Positions 27,093 through 42,226 of a DNA stretch of 64,000 bases are shown in pieces. The first letter of the stretch is position 1, and every line of letters starts with the position of its first letter. A model generated the notes under the pieces. The model worked only from the letters and a program-made list of their open reading frames with translations, did no database searches and was not told where the DNA came from. The position numbers and the translations under genes were made by a program. Origin of the DNA: Octopus vulgaris (lineage: Eukaryota); assembly GCA_951406725.2 (NCBI GenBank), contig OX597814.1, forward strand, positions 46,190,001 to 46,254,000. Reading direction: 5' to 3'.

Positions 27093-29766
27093 TATATATA
27101 TACAAAGCAACTTCAAAAGTATATACAATAATCTTTACAGCATTACCATACTTGTGTTAAGTTGAATCTTAGATGAATCTACAGTGACAATATTTGGTGA
27201 AGGAGCTGATAAAAGTTTATATTTAGTATTGTTATGGAAGTGATAAAACAAATTTTATGTATATTTCAAGAATGATTTATTCCTTACAGCATAATTAATA
27301 ATTCCATTGATTTACTCCTATTGCAAACAACATTTACAAATCATTTTAGAACAGAATGATTTCATTTTTTTCTTCTTGTGATATCCAATTTTTCATTTTA
27401 TTCTTCAATGAATATGATTAAATATTTGATAGATTTATTTTACCTGCTTTTTTTTTTATTAATATTTGTGTGTGCTTTAATTTGACTTGGAGGAAATGTA
27501 ATGCTTCAGCTAGATTAAATAAAAGTGCATGCACATACATACAAATATTCATATAAGTATATATATATATGTCAAGTTGTGTGTAAAATCATTTATTCTG
27601 AAATGTTGGATTTTTATTATTTCTTTAATGAATATTGTTGATCAGGACATTAATTAGTTAAATATATTGAATGTGTTTGACTGCAAGATAATGTATCAGT
27701 TAAAATAGTTTGTATGAAGTTTTGTTGTTACCTAATTTACTAGTATATATATTAAATGTCATTTTAGTATTTTCTGGTACTCTAATTTAATTTAGATTAA
27801 TCGAAATCTTGATTTTTTTTTCTTTCAAATTAGGATTTTTATGGGATAGATGTTTTTATTAATTTCTTATCTGTAAAATTTTGCATCACTTGTATTACTA
27901 AGCAGTGTAGCAATATAATTTGCTACATGACTTATTTTTGTTTATTTACTACAAAAGAAAAAAACTCTTTATCAACTACAATATTTAGCCTGAAAACTGA
28001 GAGATGCATTATCAAATCTCTTTTCCATGTGTTAAAAATATTTGTCACTTCTTTTAACACATAAAGTGCAAGGGGCCACAATTGTGGCTGTCAGGCACAG
28101 GTAAACAGGCCACAATCATGGCCCAGGTAGAGGAATTTAATTTATGGGCATTTGTTGGGGTCTAATGTCACTCAAATGCTCCAATACCCCCCCCTTCAGA
28201 ATGCAAGAGGACTAATAGTTCAACTAATGAGTTTTTCAGATGATGTAAAACTTGCCACCATTATATACTAAGAGGATATTTTAACTATTTTTTTGGTTTT
28301 TTATGTGTGCATGGTAGTCTCATTTTCATAAAATGTGATCAGCAGTCCATGCTATGTAAGTACAAATCCCAGTACTTTATGGGTTTTCATTGAAACTATT
28401 TTGAGTTTTAACATTTCAATTTTCTTTAGCAATATTTTACTATCATTTTTTATGTGTATGTGTGACTTTAGCACTTAGTAATCATTTACGATTATTTTTA
28501 TATAAATCTATTAATTTCTGCAAATACTTAAGTTATATTTTTCTGTTTTGTTCTTGTCTTTTAATAATTTCTGTGAGTGATGAAAATGTAAACTTTAGGT
28601 TCTTCATTTAGTCAATGTATTTGGATCTGTTTTCTATGTATTGATATAGATCAGTGTGTATTTATATTTTGTATATAAATATAGCTGTGCAACATGTGTA
28701 TGTGTATGTGTGTGTGCATACAGATGTATTAAAAATGTGTGGTGTGTATATAGCAGAGAGAGAGATGAGAGAAAGAGAGAGAGAATAGTATTTGTTAATA
28801 TATTTTAGAATTTACAAGGAGATATCATTTTCTATGCTTGTGAAATTAATGTAAATCTAAATAATGTACATTCATAATTATTATAATTTTCTTCTCATAG
28901 CTTCCAGGTTTGAAAAAAGATTTGCTGGAATATAAAGTCAGTTTAATATGTAGCACTTATATTTATATATTCATGGCTACAGTCCTTCAGTGTTTACTGC
29001 AGTAGTTTTTAGTTGTAAACAACTAAACTATTGTATATGTCTAGAAGTAGATAAAGACATTTAAAAATTACAACCCCAAAATGTAAAGCTATTTGTATGC
29101 TTCTGAACTTAGACTTCTTGTTGTTAGTAATGTTTCTTTGAGGAATGTACATGAATATTTGATATGCATTACTTCCTCAGAATAACAAAACTGTTATTGA
29201 ATTTACTATTAACAATCAGTAGAAATTCATTATTTTTTTCTGAAATTAAAATTTCTACATAAATGTCATTAAATTTTAATTTCTATTTATCTTAACATTA
29301 GTTATATTTTTAATATTTTAAAATATTGCAATTTTAATCACTTTTATACATTGTTTTCTATTTATTATGCTTTCTATTTATTATGCATCCATTTGATGCA
29401 AAAAAAAATGTATATATAGTTTTACTGAAATATATAGCTGTGATATCTTTCTTTTTATCTGTTATTATAGGTTTCATTAGCTTTTTAGGTTGTAGTATTT
29501 GAGTAAAAGTTATTTTTATACATTTTCTGGTTATTTTTGGTATTGGTGTATGTAATATCAGATTCTTAAGTTTCACTTTACTTCACTTTTATAATTATTT
29601 AAAATAGATAAACTTTGCATGAAATTATTGCTAATTGGCTTTGCAGTTAAAGTGGATTTATCTATCCTACACTCTTTATTATTAATTCTCCAACAAGTTT
29701 CTCTCATTTCTTTTTTTTTTTTTGTGTGTGATATGTAAGCAATTAACTCTTCATTCCTTTCCACAG

Positions 29767-29814
29767 CTGCGAGATAAAAGCAAACTCTCACCATGGGAAT
29801 CCAATTATACATCA
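29767..29814 (+). CDS. CADPS: Candidate 48-nt alternative exon of CADPS (LRDKSKLSPWESNYTS), phase 0-0
   Basis: Branch-like TTAAC, pyrimidine tract tcttcattcctttccacag|, donor TCA|gtgagc. Stop-free and in frame after ..HHAE; lies in a transposon-poor stretch. Confidence 0.6.
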
Positions 29815-31029
29815 GTGAGCTTTTGTGTATCTTTGTATGATAGATCAATGTTGTGGTTTGATGTTGTACTAGATTGCAATAGCTGTGCTGCTGCCATTGC
29901 TGCTGAAGCAGCTATCATCACTACCACAAGCACTGCTATAACCACTGTCACCAACACCATATTTGTTGCAATTAGCATGATCAGTCTTTTTTTTTTAATT
30001 ATACTGAAATATTTATTCAAATTTATTCAATTTTATTCTTTCAACACATTTTCCTTCTATTATGTTATGACTTTATTACAACTTTCACTATTTACTTCCT
30101 ACAAATTCTTTGAACGGTTGATAAAAATATCAATTCTCTTAAAGTTATATAATTTCTGTGATTTCTTTCTTTATATAATCAATCGTTTCACCACAAAACT
30201 TTCACGGCTCGTTTTACACCTCACTGCTTCCTTTCTTATATCTAATTATTTTAGATTAATCTCTCTTAGCTTTTCTCTAACAAGCATTTCTAAAATAATC
30301 AGGATTTTTGCCTTGAAAGATCATGTTATAAATTTTAAGCATATTTATATTTACTTTGATAGTAGTATTTATGGATCACATTTTAAAAATTCTATTTGGT
30401 ATTTTGCTTTCATTTCAATTATATTTACTGTATATATTTAGTTGTGTTTTTAGTCTATTTTTCATTACTTTTGATGTAAGTTATTACTGTGTTTCTGTAG
30501 ATATTATATTCATTCGAAATTTATCAATATTAATCTCTCCAGATCATAGTGTTCTTTTTTCGTGTGCAAACTACCTTGTTCTTTTTTCTTCTATAAAAAT
30601 TACCTTCCTATAAAGTAACAAAGTGTAGAAACTCTTACATACTGTTGTTTTAACACAAACATATTTGCCATAAACATATATCCCTTATTTTGTATCAAAT
30701 TTACCAAGTGGTATCTATAATTTAATTATAATTTCAAATTTTAGCACTTACATAAACATATATAATTAATAGCTCTCCAAATATACCAAAGCAATGGATT
30801 AAATTCATATTTTGCATTCAGATATATATATAAACATTTTATAAAGTTGTGAGAATCAACTTGAGTTTTCTTTGCATCAATATTAACTACTGTAATGAAA
30901 ATTATGTTTAATTTGTTTATTTTCAAACATCTTAAAATATATGTTCATTTATAGAATTTGGAAATTTATATTAGACAATTAATTCAATATTCTTCATAAT
31001 TTTAATTCAAGAAATTATAATTTGTGCAA

Positions 31030-31215
31030 TTTTGAACCACTAAACAATACTTTAAGAATTATAATATTAGCGCAATAAACCACTAAATGCTAGTCAAGAA
31101 AAAAATATTTTGAGCACTGTAGACTATCAAAAGACATTTAAGAAAAGATAGTTTGAGCACTGTAGGATAAAGAATATTTAAGAAAATATAATTTGACTAC
31201 TATGGACCACTAACC
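31030..31215. repeat. Degenerate ~43-bp tandem minisatellite (4-5 units)
   Basis: Recurring tttgagcactgtag..atttaagaaaa and accactaa units. Confidence 0.55.
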
Positions 31216-32924
31216 AATATTTCAGCTTTTACTAAATTAAACTCTTTCACTTTTCATTTTCTTCCTCCCCCTCTCTCTTTTTTTCCTCTTTTTCTTCCTT
31301 TCTCTTAAAAATTCCCAATTATCCAGTCAAGAGTCCAATGCCTTGGTCATTTTTGTTGGTATATTCTTACTGTACCAAACAAGATTCAGTTTCCTTTTCA
31401 GAACTAAAAAATATAAAAATAATAATAATAATCATAATTTATTTAGCAGTTAGCCAAAAAGAACATTTTCTTTGTTAATCATTGGTAAGTGCTGTTGTGA
31501 AATATTGCTCCTTTGTTTGAGCTCACTACTTTTCCCTCACTAAATTAATAGATTATATTCATGCAAAAGAAGTTTTTGAAAGTAAAGCACCATTAGAAAC
31601 TATAGATTATCCTTAAATTGTATTATCCTCTTGATATTAATTTAAATGCCCTCTATTCTCCTTAGGCTTGTTAGTACTAAACCTATTTAAGTATATGGGT
31701 ACACTTTCTGCTTTTCTTTCTATCCTTACACTTTCTAGTTATAACATTTTGCCCAGTTCTCTCTCCTTGGAATCTGGTCTTCTTTCCTTGTTTATGTTTT
31801 CCTATCAAATGCTAACCTGCAACAATTAAAAGGACAAATTAACCTCACCTTTAAAAAAAATCAGAGTAACTTCCTTTGAGCTTTGGGCTTTTCACTTCTA
31901 AAAGGAAGCAAATTAATTTTCCCTATATTATACTATTAACTCTTCTCTAATTTCCCCCTCTTATATTTGTTTTTATTCAAATAAGTTAACATTCATTGTT
32001 TTAATTAGTAATTTTCAATTTAATCATTATATAAAATTGTTTGATTAAATGCAAAAAAAAGCATTCCCTTTTAAATATAGATGCCAACATTAATAGTGCT
32101 TTAAATATCAGTGTTTCTTAGATTGACAGAAATATTCATAATAAAATTATCTACCTTATCTAGTGTTCAAATTTTTTCTAGATTTTGTAATTCAATGTTT
32201 AAGATAATATAATTAATAAAATAACAATAGAAATATATTTCAAATATCAAAAACTAAAAACTTGATTGAAATATTCTATAAAATTTTTGTTTATAAAATT
32301 TACCTTATATATTTTAGTATAATTTGCTCACATTTTGTTTTATAATTTGAATACTGATTCAGTCTTTATAGTTAAAACTTAGATAGAAGTAATATCAGTC
32401 ATTAATATCACAAAATCATCATATTATTGAGTGTTCTGAACTGATGTTAAATTTTGGTATTGCAGTAAATTTAAAATATCTGAGGAAAATTAAAATTTGT
32501 GTGGGTGTGTTTGAATGTTCTGTATTGTGCGTGTATACATATATAATACATATATTTGGATCATTGTACACTTTTCTAACATGTGCACCCCATAATAAAG
32601 ATATGGTCTTTATTATTTGAGCAATTGATAAGAGCAAACAAAATCAACTGATAAAAAACAGAACAATTTGATTTTCCTGAGTATGTGTGTGTGTGTATTT
32701 TGTACATTCAAATATTTGTGAAATAGATCCCTTACTTTTAAAACAAGTAAGGGTTAGCAACAAGAAGGGCATTCAGCTGAAAAACACTGCATCAATAATA
32801 CATTCACCTAATCCATGCACGCATGGAAAAACTGATGTAAAATGAAGGAACAGATAAATTTGTATATGTGTATAACCACTAAACACATTCATAAAGTACC
32901 AGTCAGAAGTAATTGCCACTTGAA

Positions 32925-34370
<1,446 letters not shown>

Positions 34371-34841
34371 TGTCAAAGAATGATGAGGTTTATTTCTCTC
34401 TCTTTTCAGCAGTACTTGATATTTCTTTTTCAAACCTTGCTCCGCTTTCTTTTTGTGTTTCATTTTATCTTCCTTCAAGTATTCTTATTCTTTTTACATC
34501 AGATTCTGCTTTTATTTGTTCTTGTGTATCTTGTTTTGCAGCACTTCTTATCTCCAGTTCATAGGAAGCATTGATCGCTTGTGATTATCTTCGTTCTGCA
34601 ATTGAAAGTCTAACAGTTTCTCTGTAACTGAGAACTTCATTTGTTTGACTTGCAGTAACCTTTATATATTCAAGAAGTTGGTTCTTGAATTACTTTCTCC
34701 AACTAATTCTCTTCATTAACCACCCCCATTCCACACTCTCTGCATATTTATTCTCTCAATCAAAATCGTCTTTCAATGCTTCTCTTCATGTCCCAAAGAC
34801 CACTTTTCCTGTACCACTTAAGTATTATACACAAATTTCTT

Positions 34842-34914
<73 letters not shown>

Positions 34915-35380
34915 TTTATCATTTGATCACTTTTAACACATCTGCTTTTTGTTATGTTCTTTAATTTCTTTTCTCTACTATAGAAGTATATCTTGCTAGT
35001 TTTTTCCATTTTTCCTCTCTTACATTATTACTCATGCTAACTTTTCCTCTTTCACTCATTATTTATGCTTCCCTACTGCTTTCTCTCTCAACTTGTCTAT
35101 AGCATGATTGAAAATGCTTGGAACCAATTAAAAGAAATGTAGCACACATGACTTGGCCTTTTTATATAGCAAGATTATTATTTATAAAAGTGGTATACAT
35201 TTATACACTCACATATTTGTGTATTTTAAAATTAAATGGCAAATATATATATACTTTAATTTCATGCATTGAGTTCTGTTTCTCCTCTTTGTTTAACCAT
35301 ACACCTGTGTGTATATGTGTGTTTGTATGCACATACATAATCATATATATGCACACACACACACACATATACATACATAC

Positions 35381-35540
35381 AGGTGCAGGCGTGGTTGTGT
35401 GGTTATGGAAGTTGCTTCCAAACCATATGATTTTGCTTTCAGTTCCAGTTCCACTGTGTGGCAGCTTGGCCAAGTGTCTTCTATTAATACAATAGCCCTG
35501 AACTGACTTGGTTGGCAGAAACTGAGTGAAGCCTGTTATA
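35381..35540 (+). mobile_element. SINE family A, 5' part (diverged)
   Basis: ggtgcaggcgtggttgtgtgg.. similar to 1894. Confidence 0.65.
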
Positions 35541-35892
35541 TGTATTCTCTAACCTTGCATGAAAACGCATGATGGCATCAGTATCAAACTCCTTTCAGAA
35601 CTCTGTATCCTCCCTTAGAGTAAAGCTGTGATACACAAGAGGCGCTGTTTGTTGTTGCAATAAATACTACTGCTCATTATTCATTAATTGTTTAAACACC
35701 CCGATATAACTTCAATAAACCTGAACATTACTACTTCAGCTGAAGAATACTCACATGTATTCAGCCCAGCTTCATTAGATCCAAATGCTCTGCTGGGATT
35801 CATACCATCAATAAATGCAAAGTAATAGCGAAAAGTTGCAGTTTGACAGAATCTACCTTGCCTGTCTTTGATGTGGCTACTATCAGAATATA

Positions 35893-36194
35893 CAGCTCCC
35901 ATGACTTTAGGAAACATTTTTTCAGGCTGAGAGTTGCTGAAGCATGGAACAAACTGCCGGCATCAGTTGTTAGTTGTCGGAGCACTGCATCCTTCAAAAC
36001 TTCCATGCTTTCTGAGATTCGCCAACACTACACCTGATTTTCTCCCCTCCATACACACACAAGCATGTACCTGACTCATGCATTGTTCGCTTTCCAGACA
36101 TTTGTACACTACTGCATGTGCTTTATATGCACTGTCTGACAAGTTGTGGTGCACCTGAGCACTGTATACAATAATTTCATTATTATTATTATTA
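35893..36194 (+). mobile_element. CR1-like LINE 3' end with (ATT)n tail
   Basis: RKHFFRLRVAEAWNKLPASVV..FK is the CR1/L2-type C-terminal motif, followed by a 3'UTR and cattattattatt. Confidence 0.8.
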
Positions 36195-37931
36195 TATATG
36201 TGTACAGAAATATGCTAGACAGTGAAGAAAGTGTAGTATGTTGATTGTCACACTGCAGTACATATAGTTAATCACTGTATGCCATTGTGTGCAATATGGC
36301 AGTGTTTAGAATAAACAACAATAAATTGTTGGTTTGTACCTGGTCATTCAATAAACATGTAAGCCCTTTGAGGAAAATGAATTTCACTGTGTTGTGGTGA
36401 AATCCTGACACCCCTGTGGGATATCAAGTCAACTGTCCTAAACTGTATAAAGGCACATGTGCACTGCTAGTGAGGACAGTGTGGTGTGTGCAGGCACTTT
36501 GTGAAGACGGTCATAGAAGTCATTGAGAAGAGATATTGTCTGTTACGTGTTGTTTCTGATTGATATTTGTATTGTTATAACCTTGTTATCAGTCCACGTT
36601 ATAAAGTGTCATATATAGTGAGTTTAAAGAAGGACATAGCAGTGTTGACGAGACAACACACTGATAGTGAAAAATATCTTTATCATAATTCCCAGAGCTC
36701 ACTCATAATGGATGCTGATCATCATCTAACATGCACATTTTGGCCATTCCAGCATGGTGTTGCTGGTGATGTCTTAATTTGCATTTTTGTTCATACTGTT
36801 TATATGAGATGGCTAATTGTTGAAGCTAACTAATATTTTGATGATGTAACAAACTTTCTGCAGACTGCTTGTTCTGGAACCCATTCTAAAGGGCCTGTAT
36901 GGTCACTCAGAGTGGTGCTTAATGATGTTGTTAACTCTGATCAGCAAACATATACATATGTACTGCCTACATCCAGAGTTGAAACTTCAACTTCTAGCAC
37001 CATCTTATATCTGTTATTTCCCACTTGCTTCTTCATTGAAAGACTTGTTTCCTACCAGTGCTATTGTTTTAAAGCACGGATCAGTTCATGTAAACCATTC
37101 TCACATTAGATTGTGTCCTTCTTCATTGATCAAGTTCAACAATAGCTGGCTTTTATTTTGAAGGATTGGTATATCCTATTGTCAGGAAGATGAGTAACCA
37201 ATGTCTAATAAGTGAAAAATCCTGAAACTAGTCATATTTATGTCTCTTTCTGTTACTGAAAGAAAACATAGTTGACAAAAGCTTCCACCTTATGTAAAGG
37301 GGCTAAAAAAGTATGTTGAGCAAAAATACATGCTTATAAGTTTATCATTTTACATTCATTTTTCTTACTAACACCAATCATTTTACAGAGTGTAGAGGGT
37401 ACTTTGTAACTTTTTATGTGGCACAGACTCTAGAAAAGTGTCAGATCCTCAGCAAGGCTAAAAAGTTCTCACACTTTAAAAAGAATACTGGGTGCATTTT
37501 TTTGTGATGCCAGCATTAGAAAAATAACCATATCCTTGGTACAATTCAATGGTTCTCACAATTCTGTTTTTCCATGCTTGCCAACCTCTTTACAGAGTGA
37601 GAAATATGAGAAAGACATGAATGATAATGTCGAGAGGAATTATTGATAGGGAGATGAGCAATAGGGATACTCAGTATTCTGAGATATGTACATGTATTCA
37701 AAGCAATGTCTCTGAGATCATGTGACCTAATAATGTTGTGTAGTGCTTCTGTTACATATGTAAGTGTGTACACACACACACGGTGGTGCTCCAGCATGAC
37801 TGCAGCCGCACAACTGAAACAAGTAAAAGAGTATATATTACAAAAGTTTCCATTTTATTCTAAGTGGAAATTTTATATACATAGCTAGATATTTGTGCAT
37901 ACATACAAAGATGTGAGTGTGTATGTATGTG

Positions 37932-37962
<31 letters not shown>

Positions 37963-37991
37963 ATGTATGTATATATATGTATATATATATG

Positions 37992-38036
<45 letters not shown>

Positions 38037-38223
38037 GTATATATATATGTATATATATGTATATATATATGTATATATATGTATATATATATGTATATAT
38101 ATGTATATATATATATGTATATATATGTGTATATATATATATATGTATATATATGTGTATATATATATATATGTATATATATGTGTATATATATATGTAT
38201 ATGTATATATATATGTGTATATG

Positions 38224-38256
<33 letters not shown>

Positions 38257-38289
38257 GTATATATATATGTATGAATATATGTATATATA

Positions 38290-38643
38290 TATGTATGAAT
38301 TGAACCAGCCAGGATCCCTGGTCTGGTGGTATGTAAAAAGCACTATCCGACTCGTGGCCGATGCCAGCGCCGCCTCGACTGGCTTCCGTGCCGGTGGCAC
38401 GTAAAATACACCAATCCGACCGTGCCCGTTGCCAGCCTCGCCTGGCACCTGTGCAGGTGGCACATAAAAAGCACCCACTACACTCACGGAGTGGTTGGCG
38501 TTAGGAAGGGCATCCAGCTGTAGAAACATTGCCAGATAAGACTGGAGCCTGGTGCAGCCTTCTAGCTTCCCAGATCCCCGGTTGAACCGCCCAACCCATG
38601 CTAGCATGGAGAACGGACGTTAAACGATGATGATGATGATGAT
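38290..38643 (+). mobile_element. Young RTE-LINE 3'UTR copy with (GAT)n tail
   Basis: Reverse-complement homology to 3900-4300; CpG-rich. Confidence 0.8.
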
Positions 38644-38660
38644 ATGTATGTATATATATA

Positions 38661-39008
38661 AAAGGGTAAAGACCCCCTTCGGTCAGGCACTGACCGTGGG
38701 TTTGCACCTAGAGAGATACCCTCTGAGGCACAAGTCTGGGCAAGGTTGTTTTTTATGGAAGACCAGCAGTCGCCCATGCATACCGGCCTCCCCTCTCCAC
38801 GTCACCGATGTTGTCCAAGGGAAAGGCAAGGGCCGATACAGCTTGGCACCTGTGACGTCGCAACTCATTTCTACAGCTGAGTGAACTGGAGCAACGTGAA
38901 ATAAAGTGCCTTGCTCAAGAACACAACACGCAGCCCCTTCCGGGATTCGAGCTCACAACCTCACGATCGTAAGCTCGACGCTCTAACCACTGAGCCATGC
39001 GCCTTCAC
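38661..39008 (-). mobile_element. tRNA-derived SINE (family B), young full-length copy in (TA)n
   Basis: Minus-strand head gtgaaggcgcaTGGCTCAGTGGttagagcg..gCTCGAATCCc (A and B boxes). Confidence 0.85.
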
Positions 39009-39015
39009 GTATATA

Positions 39016-39060
<45 letters not shown>

Positions 39061-39097
39061 ATATGTTTATGTATATATAAGTATGTATATATATGTA

Positions 39098-39138
<41 letters not shown>

Positions 39139-39284
39139 GTATATATATGTATGTATATATATGTATGCATATATATGTATATATATGTATGCATATATAT
39201 GTATATATATGTATGTTATATATATATATGTATGTATACATGTATGTATATATATATATGTATATACGTATGCATATATATATG

Positions 39285-39318
<34 letters not shown>

Positions 39319-40899
39319 TGTATACATACATATGTATGTATGTACATATATACACACACACATATACATACACATGTACACTTGTATTTTCATATGTACA
39401 CACTCAAACATTTTGTTTTGATATTTGTTTATCTCTTCATAACTTTCATATTTGATATCAGAATTAACGTTCTTCAAAATCTAAACTTTCTAAAAACTAT
39501 TCTTGACTAAAGGCTTTGCAGTTTTTCTCTGAATCTAATTTTTGAAGGTATGATTTGATTTTTGCGTATTAAAGTATAAATTGTTGGGTATTCTTTCTTG
39601 TGCCACATTCCTTTTTGCAGCAGATTTTTCTTCAGGTGTTTTGTTGTCTGTGTTCTCTACCCAAGCACACAAGTGAACACATACATGCATGCATGCACAC
39701 AAACACACACACACACAACTTCTATTCTAAACGTTTTGGGTTCTTTTGAACTGAATAATCTCAAAGGTTAGTCATTGTTAAATTAATTTACATTTCATAA
39801 AGTGTATTACAAGATTTCAGCAGCATTCATATTCAAAATTGTCATATTAGCCACTTCAGTTTACTTCTCTCTTTGATTTTTAATAATAATGTTCATGCAT
39901 TCTTTCATTCATATGTCATAGTTTTCAAAAATAAATTTTGTAGAGATATTTTCATAGAAATCTATGGTTTACTTTTATTCGTGATTAAATTTTAAGTTGT
40001 TGTATTCTTTCACATTCTAAGAATGAAACAAAGTTTAGATTTTTTTCTTTGTTCAAGTACAGTATATCATTCTGAATGTGTATTTATAAATATTATTATG
40101 GAACAAAAGGCAGTGAATAATAGAATCAATAGAGTGTTGAATGAAATATGTTGCCCTATTTTATCATATCCTTTAACATTCTGAGGAAACTTTACTTTTC
40201 ATTTTTATTAGTCAGTAAAATAATTGGAGGAAATTTAATTGACTACATCTTCCCCATTAGTTTTTCTCCATATGTCAGTTTAAGAAATTACTATTATGAT
40301 TATAGAAGGCAGTAGGTGGTAAAATCAAAATTCCTTGCATGATTTAATTACAACATTGTACATTGTGACTTTAAATCTCATTGAAGTTGCCATGATGTAT
40401 AAAATTAATACCAATCAAGAAGTGGTTGCGTGGGGGCATTGTATATCCTTCACCCAAAATGTTTGGTCTTGTGCCCATGTTAATTCATCATCATTGAACG
40501 TCTTAGCACGGGTTGATAAGATTCAACGAGTCTGAGCACTGCATTAAGCTCTAGAGTATGCATTGGCATGGTTTCTACAGCTGTATGTCTTTCCTAATGC
40601 TACCCACTTTATAGTATGTAGTAGGTGCTTTTTTTTTTATGGTACTGGTATGCATGAGGTCACTTTTAGCTTGCAAGCCTTAAGATTCACTTTGACTGAG
40701 TAAACTCTAGTAAAGAAGGAGGCAACTTCATACAAGAACTTTATTCTGAGATTCAAGTAAGATAGGGACAGGATAAAACAGGTTTCTTCTTTGGGAACTA
40801 CATGGTGCCTCACATTATAGAACAGAGGGTGAGAATGACCAGAATGGTGCTGGAAAGAGATAAAAATAGTGGTGATGAGGTGTCAAATTATTATTATTT

Positions 40900-41250
40900 T
40901 TAATGCCATTATTTTCTGTACTTTCATTCTTCAACAGATATTCATTTTCCAAATTTTCCAATGTTGAATATACTGAAAGTAATGTAATGATGATTTTTTC
41001 CTTTAAGTACTTTCGCATATTTCCATGCAACATAAATGGTTTTGGTACCTTCATTGGCAAGTGCTGTGTATTTTGCATTTATTATATATAGTTCCTCGGT
41101 TTCTGTTTTTAAAAAATTTCCATGCATTTTTGAGCAATGCTTGTTATTTCACTATAGATTTCTATAGTACTGTGAATTAATTGTATTAATGTAATTTTGT
41201 AGATTCTTGAATGAATTATCCTATGTGCATATTACATATAATATTTGTAT
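40900..41250 (-). mobile_element. Possible Penelope-like GIY-YIG C-terminal relic
   Basis: Frameshifted FKNRN..CKI..RY..CCMEIC..LKEKIIIT..STL pattern. Confidence 0.4.
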
Positions 41251-41392
41251 AAGATTATTATTATTTTATTTTTTCTTTGCATTTAACATATCCATGGAAA
41301 CATCTCATAAAATTTCTATATGTATGTTTATAAGTATGTATATGTGTGCATGTTTCTGTATGTGCATTTGTGTGTGTATGTGAGTGTGTGTG

Positions 41393-41430
<38 letters not shown>

Positions 41431-41537
41431 TGGATATACATGAATATATACATACATATATATATATATATATATATGCACAATATATGTGTGTGTGTAT
41501 AGATATATATGTATATATGTGTGTATATATATATGTA

Positions 41538-41581
<44 letters not shown>

Positions 41582-41609
41582 GAAGGTTGAAAAGGAACAC
41601 ACGAATTGA

Positions 41610-42118
41610 TATATATGGAAAAAAAAGTGAAGATAGAAAATGCTAAAATAATTTTATAAAAGATCATTTTGGTACTGGTTTCAGTCATTGAAACTTTTTC
41701 AACTGTAAATATGGAAAACAATTAAATTTTGGAAAAATTAAAAGAAAAGATTTTTGAAAAAAATATTTGCATGGCACTCTCACATTCTTCTTCTTCTCCT
41801 CCTCCTCCCCTTCTTCTTCTCCTCCTCCTCCCCTTCTTCTCCTCCTCCCCTCCTACTTCTTCCCTACCAAGAATTCACAACTACCCACAAGAGTAAACAA
41901 GAGAGACAGAGACAGGTAGAAACAAGGAAAATGCCACTTGTATTTGAACACTTTGCAAATATTCTTTTAGAAAACTTTTCTTTTAATTTTTCCAAAATTT
42001 AATTGTTTTCCATACTTACAGTTGAAAAAGTCTCAATGCCTGAAACTGGTACTGAAATGTTTTTTTTTTTTAAATTATTTTAGCATTTTCTATCATCACT
42101 TTTTTTTTCCATATATAT
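41610..42118. mobile_element. Element with ~165-bp inverted terminal repeats, each carrying a hammerhead-like motif, inserted in (TA)n
   Basis: 41610-41771 is the reverse complement of 41954-42118; ~180-bp spacer containing (CTT/CCT)n. Confidence 0.8.
42011..42059 (+). ncRNA. Minimal type I hammerhead-like motif with U3-A8 core variant
   Basis: ttacag-TTGAAAA-[agtc tcaat gcct]-GAAA-ctg-GTA-ctgaaa; mirror copy on the minus strand at ~41665-41713. Confidence 0.55.
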
Positions 42119-42183
42119 ATATATCTTGATTTTTTTTCCACATATATATATATATATCTTGACTTATTTTTCCATTTATATAT

Positions 42184-42226
<43 letters not shown>

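Noticed and set aside
28066-28130. Possible 60-nt in-frame exon CKGPQLW..AQ|gtagag
   Set aside because: Weak AAG acceptor; internal ggccacaat repeats look like a transposon end.
38930-39008. tRNA-like sequence
   Set aside because: It is the head of a SINE, without a complete cloverleaf.
39621-39635. Possible 15-nt microexon QIFLQ
   Set aside because: Donor gtgttt is poor, and such motifs are frequent by chance.
41754-41790. KIFAWH resembling the next CAPS exon (AFAW..)
   Set aside because: No acceptor, no continuing similarity, and it lies in the inverted-repeat element.
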